Both the position numbers and the translations under genes were made by a program. This document shows positions 27,469-36,268 of a stretch of DNA of 64,000 nt, piece by piece. This DNA comes from Candidatus Woesearchaeota archaeon (GTDB taxonomy: Archaea; Nanobdellota; Nanobdellia; Woesearchaeales; 21-14-0-10-32-9): NCBI GenBank assembly GCA_047602735.1, contig JBLKOK010000002.1, positions 20,280 to 84,279 of the forward strand, in the 5' to 3' direction. Within the stretch, counting starts at the first letter, position 1. Every line of letters starts with the position of its first letter. The notes beneath the pieces were generated by a model that worked only from the letters and a program-made list of their open reading frames with translations, did not search any database and had not been told where the DNA came from.

Positions 27469-30234
27469 ATGGCATTAATTGCATGGTGGAAACTTGATGG
27501 AAACGCAGAAGATATTATCGGAGGTAATGACGGTAATGCTGTAGGTACTACTGATTGGATTAATGGAAAGATAGGAGGTGCTGCGGAGTTTGGTCAGACA
27601 GGTTACATAGAGATTGGTAATTTGTCAAATTTAAATTTTCAGCCTGTAAATTCTTTTAGTATTGGTGGTTGGGTAAAAGTTACTGAGACGTTTCCAACTT
27701 GGCATAGTTCTCTTGGAAGGTGGTTGAATACGGTAACTACTTTTTTTGGTAGAGGTTCTACAGGGAGTTCTTTTGGTATTGGTATTTCTACTACTTGGAA
27801 CGATACTGGAGATCCTGAAATAGAACCAGAACCTACTAATTATCGTTTTTTATTTGGCTCTAGAGGAGTTAGTCAAATTTATATTACAGATAGTTATGAT
27901 TTTGAGTTGAATAAATGGTATCATTTATTTTTTGTTTATACTCCTGGAGTCCAATATGGTTATGTGAATGGTGAGCGAGTTATTACAAGAAATAATTCGG
28001 CAGGTATCGGAGGTACTTTTTCTGGAAGTTGGGGCGTTTTTGCTCCTAGAGCTGTTCCTGGAGGTAATGGACGTCATTCTGCAGGTGTTGCTGATGATTT
28101 AAGAATTTATAATCGTGCTTTGTCTATAAAAGAGATTAAAGAACTTTCAAGAGCTAAGGTTTTTCATACAAAACTTAATAATCCTAATTCAATAGATGAT
28201 GATAGTGGTAATGATGGCGAAATAACTAATAATGGAGCTGTTTTTTCTAGTGAATCTAAAATAGGTAGTGGTTCTTATGAGTTTGATAATAATAATATTC
28301 AAACAGATTGGGGTGAGAATTATACTGTTGATAATAATTTAACTCTTTCTTTGTGGGTTAAACCTTCAACGACATCAGGAAGTCAAATTTTTGCTTCTTT
28401 TGGAACAAATACAGACAATAGAAGAGCATATTTTTCAGTATATGGTGGAAATTGGGATATGGGCATTCAAGGAACTGCGTGGGGAGGAGGCAGTCAAGTT
28501 GCTAATACTGATTGGACTCATATAGCCATTGTATTTGGCGAAACATCAGTTAATATGTATACTAATACTATTCTGACTAGATCTATTTCGTATACTTCGT
28601 ATGATCTTTTAGCAAATCTTAGATTAGGTCAATATGGCAATGGTAGTTATCCTTTTTATGGAAATATACAAGATGTTAAAGTTTTTACACAAAGTTTGTC
28701 TTTAGCTGAAATAAATGAAATTTATTCTCAACGTGGCAGTATTGATAATAAAGGAAATTTATTTGCACAAGAACTTGCAGAGACTAGTCATAAACCTTTG
28801 ATTATGGATTATACTATTTGGCAAGACGGACAAACAGGTGCTCAAGGACCTTTTGGACAATATAGTTCTAGAAATTGGAGAACGATAGGAACTGATCCTT
28901 GGGGTAAAGAGACCGTTGTTTGGGAAGGAGAAAGCTTGGATGGTTCAACTGCAGGTACAGGTATTTATTTTTCGACTAGTAATCCTATTGATAATACTAA
29001 AATGTATAGATTAACATTTTGGGAGAGAAGAGTGACAAACTCTGATGCTACTTATGCCCGGTATTATTTTGGTCTTAATGGTTATGGCTCTACTAACGGA
29101 GTTTATAATAGAAGCACAGGTGCTTTAAGTACTAATCCTTATTTTTATAATACCTCTAACTTACCTACAAGTGCTCAACTTCCTGAAGGAGAATGGGTTT
29201 TATTTGTTGGTCATATTTGGCCTGCCGGAAGCGGTACTGGTTCTACTCATCCCGATAGTGGAAGATATACTTTGAATGGAAGACTAGGAAATATTTCAAG
29301 AGACTGGGTCTGGCACGAAACTAGTGATAGAGGAAGAGGTAGAACGCTAGCAATTTATCAGCCAAATTCAGGAGGTGTTATTCATCACAGCGTTTATCCT
29401 AGGATGGATGTTGTTGATGGTACCGAACCTAGTATCGCAGAATTACTTGCTGGTTTTGATTCAAACCACATAGATTATATTAGAGCTAAAGGAGGTACTA
29501 AATATATATCATTTGATATTAATTCTAAGCTAACTTATACAGGAGATATATCCGAAGTTGGTCCAACTCAAGGCCTCATTGGTTGGTGGCCTCTTAATGG
29601 AGATACCAATGATATGAGTGGAGAAGAAAATCATGGTATTAATAATAACGGAGTTGTTGTCCCTGGACTTAAACAACTAGCTTATGAATTTGATGGTGAT
29701 GGATGGATAGACTTAGGAGATAGTTTATATCTTCCTGATAATCACCCGTTTACCTTATCAGGATGGGTTAATTATAATAGTTTTTCAAATAGAGATATGA
29801 TGCTTAGTAGAAATGATGCTGTTAAAAGTGGTAGTCCTTATACTTGGCTGCTTGGTACAAGAGATGGGGATAGAATGTATGCTTATGATGGTAGTTCTTG
29901 GAGTCAAAGAATGTATTCTTTTAGTACAGGAACATGGTATCATTTAACTTTTAGATTTGATGGAACAACTATGCACTATTATGTTAACGGAGAAAGTATA
30001 GGAACAACTTCTTGGAGTTTTTCAGACAGCACCACTGGAAGAAACACCCAAATAGGAGGATATAGTGGAACTACAGGAGATATAGATGGTAAAACTTTTG
30101 ATATCAGATTTTATGATCGTGCTCTCTCACCTGAAGAAATCAAGATTCTTTATGATATTACAAAACCAGGCGGACCTCGTGTAAAAAAAACTAAGACTGG
30201 TGTTTATATTAAAGGAGAGTTTGTGGAAGATTAA
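27469..30234 (+). CDS. Multi-LamG (concanavalin A-like) domain protein, no signal peptide
   Basis: LIAWWKLDG...DDLRIYNRALS, IQDVKVFTQSLS and LIGWWPLNG...DIRFYDRALS give three LamG-like domains plus a central carbohydrate-binding-like domain. Confidence 0.85.
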   Translation: MALIAWWKLDGNAEDIIGGNDGNAVGTTDWINGKIGGAAEFGQTGYIEIGNLSNLNFQPVNSFSIGGWVKVTETFPTWHSSLGRWLNTVTTFFGRGSTGSSFGIGISTTWNDTGDPEIEPEPTNYRFLFGSRGVSQIYITDSYDFELNKWYHLFFVYTPGVQYGYVNGERVITRNNSAGIGGTFSGSWGVFAPRAVPGGNGRHSAGVADDLRIYNRALSIKEIKELSRAKVFHTKLNNPNSIDDDSGNDGEITNNGAVFSSESKIGSGSYEFDNNNIQTDWGENYTVDNNLTLSLWVKPSTTSGSQIFASFGTNTDNRRAYFSVYGGNWDMGIQGTAWGGGSQVANTDWTHIAIVFGETSVNMYTNTILTRSISYTSYDLLANLRLGQYGNGSYPFYGNIQDVKVFTQSLSLAEINEIYSQRGSIDNKGNLFAQELAETSHKPLIMDYTIWQDGQTGAQGPFGQYSSRNWRTIGTDPWGKETVVWEGESLDGSTAGTGIYFSTSNPIDNTKMYRLTFWERRVTNSDATYARYYFGLNGYGSTNGVYNRSTGALSTNPYFYNTSNLPTSAQLPEGEWVLFVGHIWPAGSGTGSTHPDSGRYTLNGRLGNISRDWVWHETSDRGRGRTLAIYQPNSGGVIHHSVYPRMDVVDGTEPSIAELLAGFDSNHIDYIRAKGGTKYISFDINSKLTYTGDISEVGPTQGLIGWWPLNGDTNDMSGEENHGINNNGVVVPGLKQLAYEFDGDGWIDLGDSLYLPDNHPFTLSGWVNYNSFSNRDMMLSRNDAVKSGSPYTWLLGTRDGDRMYAYDGSSWSQRMYSFSTGTWYHLTFRFDGTTMHYYVNGESIGTTSWSFSDSTTGRNTQIGGYSGTTGDIDGKTFDIRFYDRALSPEEIKILYDITKPGGPRVKKTKTGVYIKGEFVED

Positions 30235-30264
30235 ATTTATTAAGTTTTGTTAATTCTTTTTTTT

Positions 30265-31344
30265 ATGAAGGTTTGTTTGGTTAGTATTGTTAAGGATGAG
30301 TCTCATGTTATTTTGAGGATGCTTGAAAGTGTTAGAAAGTATGTTGATGAGTATGTTATTGTTGATACTGGTTCTAGTGATGATACTATTAGTATTTGTG
30401 AGAATTATTTTAAGGAAGAAAAAGTTAAAGGCAAGGTTTTTAGTAGGCCTTGGAAGAATTTTGGTCATAATAAGGGGGAGGCTTTGGCTATTGCAAGAAA
30501 GCATAGTTCTTGTGATTATTTGATGATGATTGATGCAGATAATTTTATTGAGGGTTCTTTTAAGATACCTGATAGTATTGATAAGGATGGTTATTATGTT
30601 AAGCATAAGTATGGTGATGGAACTAATTTTTTTTGGAGGAAGCAGTTGTTTAAAAGAGTTAAGCCTTGGACTTATAAAGGTGTTTTGCATGAGTATCCTT
30701 TTCTTGAGGGTGATAACGATATAGGTTTTATTTACGGCGAATATTTTTTTACTGAGACTCATGAGGGTGCTAGGAATAAGGATCTTGTTAAGAAGTATGA
30801 GAGTGATATTAATGTTTTACTTGATGGTTTGAAAGATGAGCCTGATAATGCTAGGTATATGTTTTATTTAGGTCAAAGTTATATTTGTCTTGATAATTTT
30901 AAGGAAGGTGCTAAGTGGTATTTGAAGGCTGCTAAGAGTAGCTCTTGGGATGAGGAGGTTTGTGTTAGTTATTATAGGTGTGGTTTGGCTTATATGGAGC
31001 TTCGTGAGTTTAGTAAGGCTAAGAAGTGTTTGTATGAGGCATTTAAGGTTAGACCTTCTAGGCTTGAGTCTATGTATATTTTAATTAAGTATTATTATGA
31101 AAAGGGAGAGTTTGAGGAAGGTTATCAGGCAGGTCAGTTGATTAAGAGTTTTGAGGTTTCTGATGATACTTTGTTTGTTGAACAAGATGTTTATGAGTGG
31201 AAGATTTTTGATTTGCTTAGTCTTTGTAGTTATTATTCCGAGAGGTTTGATGAAGCTAGGAATTATTATGAGTTAATGATTAATATTCCAAGAGAAGAAA
31301 TGGATCGTTATAATAATAATAAACAGTTTTTTTATCAGAAATGA
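30265..31344 (+). CDS. GT2 glycosyltransferase with TPR domain
   Basis: IVKDE, VDTGSSDDT, IDAD, GVLHE, ARYMFYLGQSY and TPR helices. Probable ATG at 30265. Confidence 0.9.
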   Translation: MKVCLVSIVKDESHVILRMLESVRKYVDEYVIVDTGSSDDTISICENYFKEEKVKGKVFSRPWKNFGHNKGEALAIARKHSSCDYLMMIDADNFIEGSFKIPDSIDKDGYYVKHKYGDGTNFFWRKQLFKRVKPWTYKGVLHEYPFLEGDNDIGFIYGEYFFTETHEGARNKDLVKKYESDINVLLDGLKDEPDNARYMFYLGQSYICLDNFKEGAKWYLKAAKSSSWDEEVCVSYYRCGLAYMELREFSKAKKCLYEAFKVRPSRLESMYILIKYYYEKGEFEEGYQAGQLIKSFEVSDDTLFVEQDVYEWKIFDLLSLCSYYSERFDEARNYYELMINIPREEMDRYNNNKQFFYQK

Positions 31345-31946
31345 ATTCCTAATACTTCTGGGACTTCTATGTAGTCATATTTTTTTGCTAGTTCTTCGTA
31401 GGTATATCCGTCTGCTAGGTATCCTTGGTCTTGGTTCCATCCTCCTATTTCTTTTAAGTGTTTTTTTTTTATCATAAGTTGTAGTGTGTCTACGTTTTGA
31501 ACTTTTACAGGTATACCCTTTATTATCTGAGGCGGCAGTCCTAGGTGTTCTGGTAGGGGTCCTAGGTGTATTATTTTGCATATTGAAAACGCCGTTTTTT
31601 CATCTGTATTTTTTAGTGCGTTTAGCATTTTTTCTAGGTAGTGTGGGAATATTAAGTTGTCATCATCTAGAAATATTATGTAGTCTGCTTTTGCTTTTGT
31701 GAATGCGTGTTGTCTTGCTTTGTTTGCATAGTCTTGATAGTGTTTTTTTAAGTGTAAATATTTTATTTTTGGGTCTTTTTTTGATTTTACGTATTTTTTT
31801 ACGTTTTCTTCAAATCCGTCACTGCAAATTAGGTGTTCGTATTCTTGTATTGTTTGTGATTTTACGCTTCTTATACATCTCTCTATTATTTCTAAGGGTC
31901 TGTTCCATGTAGGTGTGATTATTGTTATTTTTGGTTTTATTGCCAT
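31335..31946 (-). CDS. GT2 glycosyltransferase
   Basis: ITIITPTWNR, SVKSQT, CSDG, FLDDDN. Probable ATG at 31946. Confidence 0.88.
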   Translation of the reverse strand: MAIKPKITIITPTWNRPLEIIERCIRSVKSQTIQEYEHLICSDGFEENVKKYVKSKKDPKIKYLHLKKHYQDYANKARQHAFTKAKADYIIFLDDDNLIFPHYLEKMLNALKNTDEKTAFSICKIIHLGPLPEHLGLPPQIIKGIPVKVQNVDTLQLMIKKKHLKEIGGWNQDQGYLADGYTYEELAKKYDYIEVPEVLGIHF

Positions 31947-33172
31947 TGTGGTCCTGGAAGTATAGGTGTTTGTTTTTTTATTGCACAAAGGTCTACTTGT
32001 GTTATTAAGTAATCGTTTTCTTTATGCCAGTCTGTTGGATAAAATGTTTCGTTTCTCCATGATTGGAATTTTCCTTTAAATCCTATTTTTTCTGCAAAGA
32101 ATTTTTGGGTGTAGAATTTTGTGCTTTCTTCGTTCCAAAAGCTTTTGTTTAATGGGTTTGCAAATGCGTGTTTGCAGTCTGAGCTTACTACTTCTAAGAA
32201 TAGTAGTCCTCCGTGGTCTAGTATTCTCCATAGTTCTTGCATTGTTTTTATTGGGTCAGTGCATTTTTCTAGTATGTTATGTGCTTTTATTACCCCTACT
32301 GAGTTTGTTTTTATTTTTTTTAAGTCATTAATATTTATTTTTTCAAAGTCCATCCAGTCTTCTGAATCAACACTCATATCTATCAGTCTTAATTTTTTGT
32401 CTTGTGCCCATTTTACTGCTATTTTTCTGCTATAGTTAAAGTAGTTTGTTTGTACTATGTCTTGTACTTCATCATTATTTACTATGCTATGATTGTTATC
32501 GTGTACTCTGTATAAGTATAGTGGTTTTTTTATCCATTTAAATCCTTGTTCGCCGAATTCTAAGAAGAATTTGCACATTAATTCATGGTCGTCTCCGCTT
32601 GGAAGTTCTTCGTTGTGACCTCTTATTTGTTGGTATGATTTTTTTCTCCATGCTCTTACATGGTTTGGTGCCCACTCTATTCTCATGATAGTTGTTGCAT
32701 ATATTGGGAAGGCTATTGTTTCTAGTAATTCTTTATCTTGGTATTTGAATGGTTTTGTTTTCCATCCCCAGTATGAATCGTATGTTCTTGGTTTCCATGT
32801 ATCGTTAAAAAATTCTACTGTGTTGGAGTATGCGAAGTGGGTTTTTTTATCTTTGAATGCTTGAATTATTTCTTGTAGTGCGTTTGGTGTTAGCATGTCA
32901 TCTGCGTCTAATTCTACTATTATTTCTGATGTTGCTTTTAGGCTTAATTTTTTTTTAAGTCTCCCTATATTGTTGTCTTTTCCTATTTCAGTTAATATTT
33001 TTACTCGTTTATCTTTTGCTATTTCGTCAGATATTTTTCCGCCATTATTTAGAAGTATTAGCCATTCCCATTCTTGTATTGTTTGGTTTTTTAAAGAATC
33101 GTATGTTTGTTGAATATAAGGATTTGATTTGTAGTACACAGGACTTATTATAGATATTTTAGGTTTAATCAT
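31937..33172 (-). CDS. GT2 glycosyltransferase with C-terminal methyltransferase-like domain
   Basis: ISIISP, ELDADD, GDDHEL, LYLYRVH. C-terminal LEK..DP..MQELWRIL..GG...HAFANP..SFWN. Confidence 0.85.
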   Translation of the reverse strand: MIKPKISIISPVYYKSNPYIQQTYDSLKNQTIQEWEWLILLNNGGKISDEIAKDKRVKILTEIGKDNNIGRLKKKLSLKATSEIIVELDADDMLTPNALQEIIQAFKDKKTHFAYSNTVEFFNDTWKPRTYDSYWGWKTKPFKYQDKELLETIAFPIYATTIMRIEWAPNHVRAWRKKSYQQIRGHNEELPSGDDHELMCKFFLEFGEQGFKWIKKPLYLYRVHDNNHSIVNNDEVQDIVQTNYFNYSRKIAVKWAQDKKLRLIDMSVDSEDWMDFEKININDLKKIKTNSVGVIKAHNILEKCTDPIKTMQELWRILDHGGLLFLEVVSSDCKHAFANPLNKSFWNEESTKFYTQKFFAEKIGFKGKFQSWRNETFYPTDWHKENDYLITQVDLCAIKKQTPILPGPQWQ

Positions 33173-33306
33173 TTATTTATTAAAAAAAAGATTATTATTT
33201 ATAGCTTTTGATTTGTGTAAAAAGCTATGTTTAAGCGTTGTTATTGTGAGAAAATTTATAAAAAAAACATTACTTAGGTTTAAAGTAATACTATTTAGTT
33301 TATAAA

Positions 33307-34788
33307 ATGGCGAAATTTAAAAGTAGTAAAGTTAAAGGAAGATTAGATGTTGAAGGTTCTGCTGAGTTTAAAAAATCTTTAAGTATAAAGGATGCTGAAG
33401 ATAGTGATGAAGCTACTACTAAAAAGTATGTTGATGATGAAATTTCTAATGTTAGTTCTACTGTAGGCCCTCAAGGACCTCAAGGACCAACTGGTTATAA
33501 AGGTAATCAAGGAAGCCAAGGAGCAGTAGGGCACCGAGGAAATCAAGGACCTGTTGGATATAAAGGTAATCAAGGGTCTAGTGGAGGTTCTGGTTCTCAA
33601 GGAAGCCAGGGACCTACAGGTAGTAGAGGTAGCCAAGGCGCTGCAAGTACCACCGCAGGACCTAGAGGACCACAAGGAGGTGGAGGACCGACAGGTTATG
33701 TTGGCGCTACAGGACCTGCAGGTTATGTTGGTAATGTTGGTCCAACTGGACCTGGAGGACCAAGAGGACCGCAAGGAAGCCAAGGCGCTGCAAGCACCAC
33801 CGCAGGACCAAGAGGACATACCGGTACAACTGGACCTGGGGGTCGTCAAGGAGCTGTTGGTCCTGGAGGTTATTCAGGAGCAGTTGGTCCTACTGGTAGT
33901 GGAGGACCAAGAGGACCACAAGGAGGACAAGGAGCAACCGGACACACAGGAAACAGAGGACCTGGAGGACCAGGAGGACCAAGAGGACCACAAGGAGGAC
34001 AAGGAGCAACCGGACACAGAGGACACACAGGAGGTGGAGGACCAGGAGGACCAAGAGGACCACAAGGAAGCCAAGGAGCAACAGGGTATGTAGGACCAGG
34101 AGGACCAGGCGGATACGCAGGACCAGGAGGACCAGGCGGATACGTAGGACCAGGAGGACCAGGCGGATACGTAGGACCAGGAGGACCAGGCGGATACGCA
34201 GGACCAGGAGGACCAGGCGGATACGCAGGACCACAAGGACCTCAAGGATATAGAGGAGCTCAAAGAAGAGGACCACAAGGATTTAGAGGACCTACAGGAC
34301 CTTTTTTATCTTCTAGGACTTTAAAGAAAAATATTAAGACTTTAGATGATCAGACAAAAAATCTTGAAAGAATTCAGCCAGTTAGGTTTAAGTGGAAAAA
34401 AGATAAAAAAGAGGATATTGGTCTTATTGCTGAAGAATTGAAAAAAGTTTATCCTGAGTTTGTTTATCATAATTTAAAAGGAGAAGTTGAAGGCATTCAT
34501 TATGGTAAGTTAAATTCTGTATTGATTAATATTTCTCAAAAGCAGCAAGAAAAAGTTAAAAAGATTTTAGATGATTTTTATTTAGCTATTTTTGATAGTG
34601 ACTTAGATAAAGGAAGAAATTTATTAGACTTATCCACTTATTGGAAAAGAAAAGATGTGCCTGAGGTTATTATTACGAGTGATAAGGGTTATTCTTGTAT
34701 TGGGTATATAAGTGAAGATGAAAAGAACATAATTATAGATGTAGAACATAATGGGAAGTATAAAGTTACTTTGATTAAAACGGCGTGA
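33307..34788 (+). CDS. Collagen-like protein 1 with peptidase S74-like chaperone domain
   Basis: About 280 aa of Gly-X-Y, then SSRTLKKNI...PVRFKWK...[14 protein letters not shown]...IHYGKL. Confidence 0.9.
   Translation: MAKFKSSKVKGRLDVEGSAEFKKSLSIKDAEDSDEATTKKYVDDEISNVSSTVGPQGPQGPTGYKGNQGSQGAVGHRGNQGPVGYKGNQGSSGGSGSQGSQGPTGSRGSQGAASTTAGPRGPQGGGGPTGYVGATGPAGYVGNVGPTGPGGPRGPQGSQGAASTTAGPRGHTGTTGPGGRQGAVGPGGYSGAVGPTGSGGPRGPQGGQGATGHTGNRGPGGPGGPRGPQGGQGATGHRGHTGGGGPGGPRGPQGSQGATGYVGPGGPGGYAGPGGPGGYVGPGGPGGYVGPGGPGGYAGPGGPGGYAGPQGPQGYRGAQRRGPQGFRGPTGPFLSSRTLKKNIKTLDDQTKNLERIQPVRFKWKKDKKEDIGLIAEELKKVYPEFVYHNLKGEVEGIHYGKLNSVLINISQKQQEKVKKILDDFYLAIFDSDLDKGRNLLDLSTYWKRKDVPEVIITSDKGYSCIGYISEDEKNIIIDVEHNGKYKVTLIKTA
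34093..34227 (+). repeat. 27-bp tandem repeat x5 (GPGGPGGY[A/V])
   Basis: GGACCAGGAGGACCAGGCGGATACG(C/T)A repeated five times. Confidence 0.9.
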
Positions 34789-34793
34789 ATAAG

Positions 34794-36260
34794 ATGGCAA
34801 AGCTTACTAATACAAAAATATTTGGAGACTTAACCGTAGTTGGAAAAGGAAAATTCAACAACACCATAAAAATAGGACCTCCAACACAAGACGACCATGC
34901 CACAACCAAACAATACGTAGATAATCAAATAAGCAACATAACATTAACACCCGGTCCTCAAGGACCTAGAGGACCACAAGGAAGTGTAGGTTCTGGGGGA
35001 CCTAGAGGACCACAAGGTATAACTGGGCCTAGAGGACCACAAGGAAGCCAAGGTAGTAGTGGAGTTGGAGGGAGTCAGGGTAGTACTGGCCCTACAGGTC
35101 CAACCGGAGTTGTTGGGCCTGGAGGTTATACTGGACGCACAGGTCCAACTGGACCTGGCGGTTATAGGGGAAACCAAGGACCAGGCGGATACAGAGGAAA
35201 CCAAGGACCACAAGGAGCAACCGGACACAGAGGACACACAGGAAGCGGAGGACCAGGCGGACCTGCGGGATATGTTGGTCCACAGGGTAGTCAAGGGCCT
35301 ACTGGTTATAGGGGAAACCAAGGACCAGGCGGATACAGAGGAGTACAAGGACCACAAGGAGCAACCGGACACAGAGGACACACAGGAAGCGGAGGACCAG
35401 GAGGACCAAGAGGACCACAAGGAGGACAAGGAGCAACCGGACACACAGGAAACAGAGGACCAGGAGGACCAGGAGGACCAAGAGGACCACAAGGAGGACA
35501 AGGACCTGTAGGATACACAGGAAACAGAGGACCAGGAGGACCAGGAGGACCAAGAGGACCACAAGGCGCAACCGGACGCAGAGGAAACCAAGGACCAGGC
35601 GGATACAGAGGAAACCAAGGACCAACCGGACGCAGAGGAAACCAAGGACCAACCGGACACAGAGGAAACCAAGGACCAACCGGACACAGAGGAAACCAAG
35701 GAGGCGGAGGACCAAGAGGACCACAAGGTCCTACTGGACCTGCAGGCGTTCGAGGCCACCAAGGTCATACAGGTCCTGCAAGGTCTTCATCTATTAGATA
35801 TAAAGAAAAATTAAGAGTGCTTGAAGATCAAACCAATAATTTAGATTTAATTAAACCTAGAAGTTTTAAATGGAAAGATAGTGATAAAAAAGATATTGGT
35901 CTTATTGCTGAAGAAATAGATAAATTATATCCTGAAGTAATTGTATATAATGAAAAAAATGAACCTGAGCGTATTTTTTATGAAAAATTAACTACTGTAT
36001 TATTAGATATTGCTAAAAGGCAAGAAAAATCTATTTTAGGTTTAGAAAATAAAACAAAAGTTAGTAGTTTTAGTTTAGATTTAGATGAAGGTTTAAATGT
36101 TTTTGAGCTGGATAACTATTGGGATTATGATACAGCTAATTTAAAGTTGTTTATTGAATCTAAAAATAGTGCATATGGAACGATTAATTCAAATAATACT
36201 TTTAGTATTATTGCTTCAAAGAAAGGAAAACACACTGTTGTTTTGATTAAAAATAGTTAG
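34794..36260 (+). CDS. Collagen-like protein 2 with peptidase S74-like chaperone domain
   Basis: Gly-X-Y run, then SSIRYKE...PRSFKWK...[14 protein letters not shown]. Probable ATG at 34794. Confidence 0.9.
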   Translation: MAKLTNTKIFGDLTVVGKGKFNNTIKIGPPTQDDHATTKQYVDNQISNITLTPGPQGPRGPQGSVGSGGPRGPQGITGPRGPQGSQGSSGVGGSQGSTGPTGPTGVVGPGGYTGRTGPTGPGGYRGNQGPGGYRGNQGPQGATGHRGHTGSGGPGGPAGYVGPQGSQGPTGYRGNQGPGGYRGVQGPQGATGHRGHTGSGGPGGPRGPQGGQGATGHTGNRGPGGPGGPRGPQGGQGPVGYTGNRGPGGPGGPRGPQGATGRRGNQGPGGYRGNQGPTGRRGNQGPTGHRGNQGPTGHRGNQGGGGPRGPQGPTGPAGVRGHQGHTGPARSSSIRYKEKLRVLEDQTNNLDLIKPRSFKWKDSDKKDIGLIAEEIDKLYPEVIVYNEKNEPERIFYEKLTTVLLDIAKRQEKSILGLENKTKVSSFSLDLDEGLNVFELDNYWDYDTANLKLFIESKNSAYGTINSNNTFSIIASKKGKHTVVLIKNS

Positions 36261-36268
36261 AATATAAA

